A stretch of 64,000 bases of DNA from positions 122,345 to 186,344 of the forward strand of contig CAVUJF010000001.1 of the NCBI GenBank assembly GCA_963741745.1, in the 5' to 3' direction. Under the pieces are notes generated by a model. It did no database searches. It was not told the origin of the DNA and saw only the letters and a list, made by a program, of their open reading frames with translations. Shown one piece after another: positions 23,202 through 32,286 of this stretch (the stretch's first letter is position 1; every line of letters begins with the position of its first letter). Origin of the DNA: an uncultured Pseudomonadota bacterium (lineage in GTDB: Bacteria; Pseudomonadota; Gammaproteobacteria; Steroidobacterales; Steroidobacteraceae). Made by a program: the position numbers and the translations under genes.

Positions 23202-24584
23202 TAGTGGGCACTCGCAGAGCGTGGCATCACCGGTGAGGGCGTTCACCAGGCGCTCCAGGCGATTGAAGCGCGAGCCCTTGATGAGCAGGCGCACGTCCGG
23301 ACCTGCGCCGCCGAGTGCCTGGCTGAGCGCCGCGCGTGAGGGCTGCCACGTCGGTGAACCATTGCGCGCCAGCCCCGAAGCTGTCGCACGGCCCCGGCCA
23401 TCAACGGCCCGGTGGCGTAGAGCCGCTCGACCCCCTGCGCGCGCGCAAACTCACCGATCGCGTGGTGCGCATCGACCGCGTGCTCACCCAGTTCACCCAT
23501 GTCCCCGAGCACCAGCCAGCGCCGGCCCGCCAGGCTCACCAGCACCTCGATCGCCGCGCGCACCGAACTCGGGTTGGCGTTGTAGGAGTCATCGATCAGC
23601 CAGGCCCCGCCGCGGGTCTGCTTGAACTGCAGGCGGCCCGGCACGGCGCGCACGGCCGCCAGTCCCGCGGCGATGTGCGCCAGACTCGCCCCGGCGCTGC
23701 CGGCCGCCGCCGCGGCGGCCAGCGCATTGGCGATGTTGTGCGCCCCGCCCAGGCGCAGCTCGATGCTGGCGCTGCCGGCCGGGGCGTTCAGGCGGAAATG
23801 CGTGCGGAAGCCGTCCGCCGCCGACCGCGGTGCGCAGCTCGCTGGCACTGTAGTCAGCCGGCGCCCGCAGCCCGAAGGTGACCACGTGCGCGGCCGTGGA
23901 TTTCACCCACAGCGGTGCGAACTCATCGTCCGCATTGATGACCGCGACCGCATCCGCAGGCAGCCCCGCGACCATCTCGCCTTCCGCGCGCGCCACGCCC
24001 TCCAGCGAGCCGAAGCCCTCCAGGTGCTCGGCGCCCGCGTTGGTGATCATGCCGATGGTGGGGCGTGCGATCGCCACCAGTGCGGCGACCTCCCCGGCAT
24101 GGTTGGCGCCCATCTCGATGACCGCGAAGCGGTGCGCCTCGGTCAGGCGCAGCAGCGTGAGCGGCACCCCGATGTGGTTGTTCAGGTTGCCGCGCGTGGC
24201 CAGGCACTCGCCGGCCTGCCCCAGGATCGCGGCGGTCATCTCCTTGGCGGTGGTCTTGCCGTTGCTGCCGGCCACGCCCACCAGGGGGCCGGTGAACTGT
24301 TCGCGCCAGGTGCGTGCGGCGCGCTGCAGAGCGGCCTGCACGTCGGGCACCACGATCTGCGGCAGCGGCAGCCCCTGGGCGGCGCTGACCACGGCACCGG
24401 CGGCGCCGGCCGCGGCGGCGGCACCGACGAAGCGGGCGCCGTCGAAGTTCGGGCCCGCGAGCGCGACGAACAGCTGACCGCCGGTGAGGGCGCGCGAGTC
24501 GCTCACCACGTCGGTGAAGCTTCTGTCCGCCCCGTGCAGTACGCCGCCACAGGCGCGCGCGAACTCCGCCAGCGTGCGCTTCAT
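23201..24584 (-). pseudogene. murF: UDP-MurNAc-tripeptide--D-Ala-D-Ala ligase MurF, about four frameshifts as given (probably sequence artefacts)
   Basis: MurF sequence is spread over several frames. MKRTLAEFARACGGVLHG...GVAGSNGKTT...ASELRTAV is in ORF 23589..24584. AADGFRTHFRL...IDDSYNANP...[11 protein letters not shown] is in ORF 23243..23848. A short [16 protein letters not shown] segment follows. [33 protein letters not shown] is in the mraY frame. Junctions lie near 23828, 23387 and 23332, and one lies between 23203 and 23245. A TAG at 23201..23203 overlaps the mraY GTG (TAGTG). The 1384 nt minus 4 gives 1380 = 460 codons. Confidence 0.85.
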
Positions 24585-26086
24585 GACTGCATCCTGGCCA
24601 GCTGCGCGGCCACGACCGCCTGGTCCTTGAACGCGCGCCGCTCGTGCCCGAGGATCTGGTAGTCCTCGTGCCCCTTGCCGGCGACCAGCACCACATCGTC
24701 CGCCCCGGAGCGCTCCAGCCCCAGGCGGATCGCCAGCGCGCGGTCATGCTCGATGACGTGCGGCGTCGGCCGCTCCATGCCCGCGACGATCTCGGCCACG
24801 ATGCGCGCCGGGTCCTCGCTGCGCGGGTTATCGTCGGTCACGATGATGTCGTCGGCGAGTTCGGCGGCGATGCGTCCCATCATCGGCCGCTTGCCCGCAT
24901 CGCGGTCTCCGCCGCAGCCGAACACCAGCCGCAGCTCGCCGCGGCAGTGCAGGCGCGCGGCGCGCAGCGCGTTCACCAGGGCATCGGGGGTGTGGGCGTA
25001 GTCGACGATGGCCAGCGGCGTGCGGCCGCGGCCGCCGAACATCTCCATGCGGCCGCTCGCCGCGCGGCAGCGGCCCAGCGCGCGCACGGCATCCTTCAGC
25101 GGCACCTCCCAGGCGAGCAGAACGCCCAGGACCGTGAGGGCATTGTCGACATTGAATTCCCCGACCAGACGCACCGCCAGCTCCGCATTCCCCCAGCTGG
25201 AGTGCACCTCGATCAGCAGCCCGCTCGGGTCCGGGGTCACGCGCTCCGCGCGCACGAAGCGCGCCCCCGCCGGCACCGCGCTTCCTAGGCGCGTGGTGAT
25301 GATCAGGGGTGCCGTGGCGCTGGCAGCGGCCAGCTGCGCGCCGAAGGCGTCGTCGATGTTGATCACCCGGTGCGCCAGATCCGGCCACGAGAACAGGCGC
25401 GCCTTGGCGGCGCCGTAGGCCTCCATCGTGCCGTGGTAGTCCAGGTGATCGCGCGTGAGGTTGGTGAACGCCGCGGTATGGAAGCGCACGCCGTTGACGC
25501 GCGCCTGGTCAAGGGCGTGCGAGGAGACCTCCATGCATACGCACTCGGCGCCCAGCGCGCGCAGCTGGGAGAGCTGGCGCTGCAGCGTGACCGCATCGGA
25601 GGTCGTGTGCAGCGTCGGGGTCAGCTGCGGCGGGCGGCCAAAGCCGAGCGTGCCGATATAAGCCGCCGGATGCTGGCAGTGCTCGAGCGCCTGCGCCAGC
25701 AGCCACGCGCAGGTGGTCTTGCCGTTGGTGCCGGTGATACCGGCGATGGTCAGCTGCTGCGAGGGCGAGCCGAAGAAGCGGTCGGCGATGATGCCGACGC
25801 GCTCGCCCAGCCTGGGGACCGCCGCGGCGAAGGTGCCCGGGGGCAGCTGCGGGGGCTGCGTCGCGCCGTGCGCCTCGTAGAGCACCGCGCGGGCCCCGCG
25901 GGCAACAGCCTCCGCGGCGAACTTCAGGCCATGGTGGGTGCGCCCGCGCAAGGCCAGGAACAAGGCCCCGGGAGTGGCGGCACGGCTGTCCAGGGTGAGA
26001 TCACTCACCACCACATCCGCGGGCACCTGGACGAAGCCGGCGGTGAGCTGCGCCAGCGAACGCGCGCTCGCGGTCGTAGCGCTCAT
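24581..26086 (-). CDS. murE: UDP-MurNAc-L-Ala-D-Glu--meso-diaminopimelate ligase
   Basis: It starts MSATTASARSLAQL at ATG 26086 (ATGA overlap with the ftsI stop). It contains [10 protein letters not shown] and the DNPRSEDP motif. It is 501 aa. Confidence 0.95.
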   Translation of the reverse strand: MSATTASARSLAQLTAGFVQVPADVVVSDLTLDSRAATPGALFLALRGRTHHGLKFAAEAVARGARAVLYEAHGATQPPQLPPGTFAAAVPRLGERVGIIADRFFGSPSQQLTIAGITGTNGKTTCAWLLAQALEHCQHPAAYIGTLGFGRPPQLTPTLHTTSDAVTLQRQLSQLRALGAECVCMEVSSHALDQARVNGVRFHTAAFTNLTRDHLDYHGTMEAYGAAKARLFSWPDLAHRVINIDDAFGAQLAAASATAPLIITTRLGSAVPAGARFVRAERVTPDPSGLLIEVHSSWGNAELAVRLVGEFNVDNALTVLGVLLAWEVPLKDAVRALGRCRAASGRMEMFGGRGRTPLAIVDYAHTPDALVNALRAARLHCRGELRLVFGCGGDRDAGKRPMMGRIAAELADDIIVTDDNPRSEDPARIVAEIVAGMERPTPHVIEHDRALAIRLGLERSGADDVVLVAGKGHEDYQILGHERRAFKDQAVVAAQLARMQS

Positions 26087-27831
26087 GGCAGGGCCGCCGT
26101 GTGCATCGTGCCCAGGGCAGGGGTGGCGGGCATGTCCTCGGGGCCGTTGACCGGGGCATCCGGTGCCACCGCCAGCAGGCGCAGCGCCCCGCCGACGACT
26201 TTGGAAAACACCGGGGCCGCCACCTCCCCGCCGTGGTGCTGACCGGCGCTCGGCTCGTCGATCACCACCACCGCCGCCAGGCGCGGGGCGGTGGTCGGCG
26301 CGACCCCGCCGAACACGGCCATATACCGATCCGTCGAGTAGCCGCCCGACTCGGCCTTGAAGGCCGTGCCGGTCTTGCCCGAGACGCGGTAGCCGGGGAT
26401 CGCGGCGAGCTTCCCGGTACCCTCGGCCGCCACGACCGACTCGAGCATCCCGACCAGCTCGCGTCCGACGTTTTCCTCGAGCACACGCTCGCCCTGGGGC
26501 GGGCCCTCCACGCGCAGGAAGGACACCGGCCGTGCCAGGCCGAACCCGCCGATGGTGGCGTAACCGTGCGCCAGCTGCAGCGGGGTGACCGACAGGCCGT
26601 AGCCGTGCGACATGGTCGCGATGCCGATCGGCCGCCACTGGGAGTAGTTGGGCAGAAGGCCCGCCGACTCGCCCGGGTAGCCGCTGGTGGTCACCTGGCC
26701 GAATCCGAGGTGGCTGAGGGTCTCCCAGATCTGCTGCGGGGGCAGCGACAGGGCGATGTGCGCCATGCCGACGTTGGAGCTCTTGGCGAGCACCGTGGCG
26801 ATCGTGACCGCGCCCAGGTTGTGCTCGTCCTCGAAGACCTTCACGCCGACTTTGAAGAACCCCGGCGAGGTGTCGATGATGCTGTGGTTGTCGTACTTGC
26901 CGGAGGCCAGGCCCGCGGCCACGAAGAACGGCTTGATCGAGGAGCCCGGCTCGAAGATGTCCGTGGCCGCGCGGTTGCGATAGGTCGCAGCCTGGATCTG
27001 GTCGCGGTCGTTCGGGTTGTAGGCCGGCTGGTTCACCATGGCCAGCACCTCGCCGGTCTCCACGTCGATCACGACGATGGAGCCGGCACGGGCGCGCTCG
27101 TCGCGGATCGCCGCCTTGAGCTCCCGGTAGGCCAGGTACTGGATGCGCAGGTCGATCGAGAGCACCAGGTCACGGCCGGGGCGCGCCGGGCGGATGCTCT
27201 CCACGTTCTGCACGATGCGCCCGTAGCGGTCCTGGATGACGCGCTTCGCGCCGTCCTCGCCGGCCAGCCAGTGATCGAAGGCAAGCTCGAGCCCTTCCTG
27301 GCCGGCATCGTCGACGTTGGTGAAGCCCAGCAGGTGGCCGGTCACTTCCCCGGCCGGGTAGTAGCGGCGGTACTCGCGCGAGCTGTACACCCCCGGGATC
27401 CCCAGCGCCTTGATCTGCTCAGCCTCGGCCGGCTGGCGGTGCCGGGCGATGTAGAGAAACTCGCGGTCGAGGTTGCTCGTAATCTTGCGCGCCAGCTCCT
27501 GCCGGTCGATCTTCAGGGCCGCCGCCAGGCGCGGGATCTGGTCGGTCGCCAGCGCCAGCTCGCTCGGGTTCACCCAGATCGAGTCCACCGGGGTGCTCAC
27601 GGCAAGTGGCTCACCATAGCGGTCGGTCACCGTGCCGCGGTGCGCGGCGATGTCCAGCACGCGCGAGAAGCGCGCGTCACCCTCCTTCGCGAGGAAGCCG
27701 TGGTCCACCAGCTGCAGGTTCACCGCGCGGTACACCAGGCCGAGCGCGCAGGTGGCCAGCAGCCCGAGCAGCAGGTACGCCCGCCAGCGGAAACCCCCGG
27801 GCGCGTCCTGGCGTGGGCTGCGGGACCTCAT
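26083..27831 (-). CDS. ftsI: Peptidoglycan D,D-transpeptidase FtsI (PBP3)
   Basis: It starts MRSRSPRQDAPGGFRWRAYLLLGLLATCALGLVY at ATG 27831 (ATGA overlap with ftsL). It has SXXK (GSSIKP), SSN (KSSNVG) and KTG (SGKTGTA). It is 582 aa. Confidence 0.95.
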   Translation of the reverse strand: MRSRSPRQDAPGGFRWRAYLLLGLLATCALGLVYRAVNLQLVDHGFLAKEGDARFSRVLDIAAHRGTVTDRYGEPLAVSTPVDSIWVNPSELALATDQIPRLAAALKIDRQELARKITSNLDREFLYIARHRQPAEAEQIKALGIPGVYSSREYRRYYPAGEVTGHLLGFTNVDDAGQEGLELAFDHWLAGEDGAKRVIQDRYGRIVQNVESIRPARPGRDLVLSIDLRIQYLAYRELKAAIRDERARAGSIVVIDVETGEVLAMVNQPAYNPNDRDQIQAATYRNRAATDIFEPGSSIKPFFVAAGLASGKYDNHSIIDTSPGFFKVGVKVFEDEHNLGAVTIATVLAKSSNVGMAHIALSLPPQQIWETLSHLGFGQVTTSGYPGESAGLLPNYSQWRPIGIATMSHGYGLSVTPLQLAHGYATIGGFGLARPVSFLRVEGPPQGERVLEENVGRELVGMLESVVAAEGTGKLAAIPGYRVSGKTGTAFKAESGGYSTDRYMAVFGGVAPTTAPRLAAVVVIDEPSAGQHHGGEVAAPVFSKVVGGALRLLAVAPDAPVNGPEDMPATPALGTMHTAALP

Positions 27832-28106
27832 GGCGCGATGATCTCGATCTCCTTCGGAGGCGGCATCGCCATGTGCAGCTTCGCGCTCGCGACGCGCTCC
27901 ACGAAGGCGTGGGTCGACCAGGCGCTCTGCTCGAGCTGCAGCTGCCCCCACTCGATTTCCAGGTTGTCGCGGCGCCCGTTGAGCGCCTCGAGCTCGATGA
28001 ACAGCGTGCGCGCCCGGTGCTTGCAGTAGATCGCACCGGCGGCGGACCCCAAGGCCGCCAACCACAGCAGCGGTACGGCGATGATCAACGCGCGCCGGCT
28101 GATCAT
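27828..28106 (-). CDS. ftsL: Cell division protein FtsL
   Basis: 92 aa. It has a single TM segment (LIIAVPLLWLAALGSAAGAIY) followed by a coiled-coil-like segment. It occupies the conserved slot between rsmH and ftsI. Confidence 0.85.
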   Translation of the reverse strand: MISRRALIIAVPLLWLAALGSAAGAIYCKHRARTLFIELEALNGRRDNLEIEWGQLQLEQSAWSTHAFVERVASAKLHMAMPPPKEIEIIAP

Positions 28107-29029
28107 GGCAGCCGGACCGCCACGCGCAGCAGCGCGCTGCGGGCACGTGGGTTGCGCTCGATCTCCGCCGCGCCCGGCCGGATCTTGCGACCGACGAGGG
28201 CCAGCCGCGGGCGGGCCTGGATGGGCACGACCGGCAGGCGACGCAGCGCCGGATCGACCTGCGACTCGCGCTGCATGAACTCCTTGACCGCCCGGTCCTC
28301 GAGGGAGTGGAAGCTGATCGCCGCCAGGCGACCCCCGGGGCTTAGCACCTTGACCGCCGCGGCGAGCCCCTGGGCGATCTGGCCGAGTTCGTCGTTGACG
28401 TACATGCGCAGTGCCTGGAAGGTGCGGGTGGCCGGGTGCTTGCCCGGCTCGCGCGTGCGCACGGCGCCGGCCACGATCTCCGCCAGCTGCCCGGTGCGCG
28501 TGAGCGGCGCCTGCTCGCGCGCGTTCACGATGGCCTGCGCCACACGGCGCGCGAAGCGCTCCTCTCCGAAGGTGGCGATCACCTGGCGTATCTCGTCGAG
28601 GCCCGCCCGAGCGAGCCAGGCTGAGACCGGAGCACCGCGCGTCGGGTCCATGCGCATGTCGAGCGGACCGTCGGCTCGGAAGCTGAAGCCGCGCTGCGGG
28701 TCGTCAAGCTGGGGTGAGGAGACCCCGAGGTCAAAGAGCACGCCCCGGCAAGGACGATCGTGCGCGTGTGCGGGCACGAGTGTGCCGAGTTCGGCAAACG
28801 ACGCATGGACGAGCGTAAGCCGCATTTCGTCGGCAAAGCGGCGGCGGCCGGCCTCGATGGCCTGCGGATCCCGGTCGAGCGCGAGCAGGCGGCCTTCTCG
28901 ACCCAGGGCCTGGAGTATGAGTGCCGAATGACCGCCCCGCCCGAACGTCGCATCGACATAGTAACCGCCCGCTTCCAGGGCCAGCCCTTCAAGCGCCTCA
29001 GCGGCGAGCACCGGTGTGTGCTCATCCAC
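28103..29029 (-). CDS. rsmH: 16S rRNA (cytosine1402-N4)-methyltransferase
   Basis: A GTG at 29029 gives MDEHTPVLAAEALEGLALEAGGYYVDATFGRGGHS, which aligns with the E. coli RsmH N-terminus. It is 308 aa. The ORF-track extension overlaps mraZ. Confidence 0.92.
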   Translation of the reverse strand: MDEHTPVLAAEALEGLALEAGGYYVDATFGRGGHSALILQALGREGRLLALDRDPQAIEAGRRRFADEMRLTLVHASFAELGTLVPAHAHDRPCRGVLFDLGVSSPQLDDPQRGFSFRADGPLDMRMDPTRGAPVSAWLARAGLDEIRQVIATFGEERFARRVAQAIVNAREQAPLTRTGQLAEIVAGAVRTREPGKHPATRTFQALRMYVNDELGQIAQGLAAAVKVLSPGGRLAAISFHSLEDRAVKEFMQRESQVDPALRRLPVVPIQARPRLALVGRKIRPGAAEIERNPRARSALLRVAVRLP

Positions 29030-29102
29030 GTTCGAAGCGGTAACCCGCCTCCCTGAGTGCTTTAACCAAGGACTTCCGCCCAGCCAACCTCGTCCGAGAC
29101 CC

Positions 29103-29555
29103 CTAGATCGACAGTTGTTCGAGCTCGGAGGGCAGATCGGTTCCGGTTTCTTCGTTGTTAAGCCAGAGGTCACGCCGCTCGTTCCAGCGCACCTCGTCCC
29201 ACAGCTCAAAGCGATTACCCTGGCCGATCAGCATTCCGTGCCGCCCGAGCCTGGCGAATTCGCGCAGTTCAGGCGGCAGCAGGACCCTGCCATGCCCGTC
29301 CAGGAGCAGATCAGTCGCGTGGCCGACCATCAGCCGCTGCAGCCTGCGCGCGGTCGCGTTCAGACTGGGTAGCGCCATCAGCTTGCGTTGGATCTGCTCC
29401 CATTCAGGCAGGGGATAGATGAGGAGGCACTGGTCCTTATCGACGGTGACGACCAAGTTTCCCTGGGCGAGCTCGTGGATCTGCTCCCGATACCGGGTGG
29501 GCATGACCATCCGCCCCTTGTCGTCCAGGGTGATTTTTGTTGCACCGCGAAACAT
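29103..29555 (-). CDS. mraZ: Transcriptional regulator MraZ
   Basis: 150 aa. MFRGATKITLDDKGRMVMPTRYR and the second repeat LDGHGRVLLPPELRE are the two SpoVT/AbrB-like MraZ halves. Confidence 0.95.
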   Translation of the reverse strand: MFRGATKITLDDKGRMVMPTRYREQIHELAQGNLVVTVDKDQCLLIYPLPEWEQIQRKLMALPSLNATARRLQRLMVGHATDLLLDGHGRVLLPPELREFARLGRHGMLIGQGNRFELWDEVRWNERRDLWLNNEETGTDLPSELEQLSI

Positions 29556-29576
29556 GACCCGTGAGGCGTGTTATCG

Positions 29577-29600
29577 CCCATTTCCCCCCACTCTCTCCCA
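29577..29600 (-). promoter_or_regulatory. Putative MraZ operator: three TGGG repeats at exact 10-bp spacing
   Basis: The minus strand reads TGGGagagagTGGGgggaaaTGGGcga. On the plus strand this is CCCA at 29577-80, 29587-90 and 29597-600. It lies 22-45 nt upstream of the mraZ ATG and just downstream of the predicted -10. This matches the TGGGN direct-repeat operator described for E. coli MraZ. Confidence 0.6.
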
Positions 29601-29609
29601 CCGGCTGCC

Positions 29610-29639
29610 ACTATAGAAATCGCGGGCGAACTATGTCAA
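29610..29639 (-). promoter_or_regulatory. Predicted sigma70 promoter of the dcw cluster (Pmra)
   Basis: The minus strand reads TTGACA (29639..29634), an 18-nt spacer, then TATAGT (29615..29610). It lies directly upstream of the TGGG repeats and mraZ. Confidence 0.55.
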
Positions 29640-29956
29640 TTGAAATAGTGAGAAATTCGTCGCAGTCACAACGACTTATGTGAAAAAACACAGTGTCAGG
29701 CTCCGTCGGGCAGCGCAATGATTCTTAGCAATCAGTGGGTTGGCCGACTAACTTTATACAGTGGATCAGGATTAGCGATCGGGCGCCCGAATCAGGCGCG
29801 AAGGATTGATTGCGTGTCTGTGCCGCAGCGCTTTCCCGGGGCGCATATCTGCAGCGTGGGTCGTACGGGGACGGCGCTGCCCTGAGATCTGACTGCGAGT
29901 TCAAGTGGGATCGGGACTGACCTCAGCGTCTTGGCAGATGTTTCCTTGGCTCGCCG

Positions 29957-32227
29957 TCAAACGGACGCGCGGGAGTTGGCTGAATCCTCCCCCACGTGCA
30001 CGTGGTCGGCGCCCAAGCCGGAGTGATAGCGCTCGTAGATCGACTGATAACCGCTCTCCAAATGTCTGGTGAACAGATCCGTGTCGAATAGCGGCGTTGA
30101 GCGCCTGTTCGCCAACAGCCGGTTCTTGATACCAGCCAAGCGAGCAGGATCACGCGCGAGTTCGATTGCTAAGCTTTCATAGTGTTCCTGACTTGTGGCT
30201 ACCAAGTCTGGCAGACCGACCGAACGCAGAATGCTGGCAGCCACGCGCGAGACGAAGGATTCGCCCAATCTGGTCACCACGGGCAGCCCGCACCAGAGAG
30301 CATCGCTGGCCGTTGTGTGCGCACCGCAGGGAAAAGTGTCCAGGAACAAATCTGCAAGACGGTAGCGAGCGAGATGCTGCAAATGCGGCAATGGTGCGGC
30401 GAATATCAGGCGCGCACCGCTTACGCCGTGCGCCGCAGCTTCCTGGCAAAGATTCCTGGCCGCCGTACTATTCTCAGTCAACAGCCACAGCACGCTTCCC
30501 TCCACCGCACGGAGGATACGCATCCATCCCGCAAAGGTGGCTGCCGTGATCTTGTAACAGGCGTTGAGGCAGCAAAACACGAATCCCGTGGGCGGCAGAC
30601 CCAGTTCGCGGCGTGATCGCTCGGCGGCGATCTCCGTTCGCTTACTGTCGTTGACCTGGTAGGAGTGGGGGAGATAGATGACTTTCTCCGCGTAATGGTG
30701 GCGGTCTTCATGAGGAATCACTGTCGGGTCCGCGACAATGTAGTCGATGTAGCATGCGCCCATCGTGGCGGGATATCCGAGATAGGCCACCTGCAAGGGC
30801 GCTGCGCGATGCGCAAAGATCCCTGCTCGGGAGTGCGCGGTAAACCCCTTGAGGTCGATCGCGATGTCGATCTCGAGGTCTCGTGAGATCTGCGCTGCCT
30901 CACGATCCGAACAACTGCCCACGTCAATGTACTGATCGAAGCCCCTGCGAAGCCGCTGGGTCATTTCGTCCGGTTTGTTTGTGCCAAACGAGAACGCGCT
31001 CACGAAGAAGCGGCGACGGTCGTGCAGCTCGATGAGCCCGGCTATCAACTGTGCCGTCGCATGATTATGAAAGTCCGCGGAGTAATAACCGATGCGAATT
31101 ACGCCTTTGCGGCGTCGTTTCCCGAGCGGCGGCAGAGGGCTCTGCACCAGATGCCGCTCGTCCGCAAAAATCTCCGCCGCGCGGCGCTGGACGGCCAAGT
31201 CATCGCTAACTGCCAGCAGGGTGAATGGCTGTGTCACTTTGCCCCCGGCGGCTACTCCGTCAAGGATTTCCGTGACGAGCGCATCGATACCGGACCATTC
31301 ACAGAGCTGTTGTCTAGTGCGCAGCCAAGCGCCGGGGAGCCAATCAATGCCCGGATCGAGCTGTAGCGCGCGCTGGAAACTCTGCTGCGCCTCTTCAACC
31401 CGCCCTAGTTGTGCGAGCGCGTTACCCTTATTGTTGTAGGCATCGGCGAGACCCGGGTGGCTCTGCAGTGCAGCGTCGTAGCTGAGTACTGCCTCTTGAT
31501 AGCAACCGAGTTGCTGCAGCGTGTTACCACGGTTGTTATGCACCTGCGCAAATGTCGGGGCAATTGCCAGTGCGCGATCGTAGCTGCGCAGCGCTTCGTC
31601 TAAGCGCCTGAGCTGATGTAAAGCGATACCCTGGTTGTAGAGAGCCTCCGCGAAGCGCGGGCGCAGACTCAATGCCCGGGCAAAGCTAGCTAATGCTTCC
31701 TCGATACGGTTCAGCGCCTGGAGCGTCACCCCGCGGTTGTAATGAGCGTCTGCGTAGTCCGGGCGATAGCTGATGGCGTAATCGTAACTCTCCAGGGCGG
31801 CCTCGAAGTCGCCCAATCCGTACAGCGCCCCACCACGGTTGTTGTGGGCATCAGAGTATGTGGGCTCCAAGTGCAGCGCGCGGTCGTAGCATGCTATCGC
31901 TTCGCCAAAGCGCTTCAGGTCTCTAAGCACATTCCCGTAATTGTTGTGCGCTGTCGCGTTATTCGGCGCCGCGGCGATCGCACGTTTCATTAGGATTGCC
32001 GCGGTCTCAAGGTGCCCCGTCTTTGCCTTGATAATCGCGAGCAGGCTAAGTGCTGCGACGTGATCCGCGCGCGTCTTCAAAATTAGCGTGCATAGTTGTT
32101 CGGCCTGCGGCCAATTCCCCGCCGCGTAAGCCGCTGCCGCATCCTGCATCGCTTGTGACAATGGCAGATCCAAACCGTCAGTGCCGAAACTCATCACCGA
32201 GGCCTTTATAAGCCCTGCATCGCGCAA
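29957..32227 (-). CDS. TPR-repeat protein fused to a GT41 (O-GlcNAc transferase/SPINDLY-like) glycosyltransferase domain
   Basis: 756 aa. The N-terminal ~330 aa are tandem 34-residue TPRs (repeated A..Y.RAL.L.P...A.NN.G). The C-terminal half carries GT41-like blocks IRIGYYSADFHNHATAQL, VAYLGYPATMG, FVFCCLNACYKIT and FPCGAHTTASDALWCGLPVVT. It is visibly more AT-rich than its flanks. Confidence 0.85.
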   Translation of the reverse strand: MRDAGLIKASVMSFGTDGLDLPLSQAMQDAAAAYAAGNWPQAEQLCTLILKTRADHVAALSLLAIIKAKTGHLETAAILMKRAIAAAPNNATAHNNYGNVLRDLKRFGEAIACYDRALHLEPTYSDAHNNRGGALYGLGDFEAALESYDYAISYRPDYADAHYNRGVTLQALNRIEEALASFARALSLRPRFAEALYNQGIALHQLRRLDEALRSYDRALAIAPTFAQVHNNRGNTLQQLGCYQEAVLSYDAALQSHPGLADAYNNKGNALAQLGRVEEAQQSFQRALQLDPGIDWLPGAWLRTRQQLCEWSGIDALVTEILDGVAAGGKVTQPFTLLAVSDDLAVQRRAAEIFADERHLVQSPLPPLGKRRRKGVIRIGYYSADFHNHATAQLIAGLIELHDRRRFFVSAFSFGTNKPDEMTQRLRRGFDQYIDVGSCSDREAAQISRDLEIDIAIDLKGFTAHSRAGIFAHRAAPLQVAYLGYPATMGACYIDYIVADPTVIPHEDRHHYAEKVIYLPHSYQVNDSKRTEIAAERSRRELGLPPTGFVFCCLNACYKITAATFAGWMRILRAVEGSVLWLLTENSTAARNLCQEAAAHGVSGARLIFAAPLPHLQHLARYRLADLFLDTFPCGAHTTASDALWCGLPVVTRLGESFVSRVAASILRSVGLPDLVATSQEHYESLAIELARDPARLAGIKNRLLANRRSTPLFDTDLFTRHLESGYQSIYERYHSGLGADHVHVGEDSANSRASV

Positions 32228-32286
32228 TCTGTGTACCGCCCATATCCTTGCCCCGCATGGACGTGAGCGCGTGCGGCTTGCGCGTA

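Noticed and set aside
22116-23294. Apparent MurF-C-terminus/MraY fusion protein (392-aa ORF).
   Set aside because: This is a consequence of the +1 shifts in murF. A TAG overlapping the mraY GTG (TAGTG at 23199-23203) is the expected murF stop once the frame is restored. MraY from that GTG is 361 aa, matching the canonical length.
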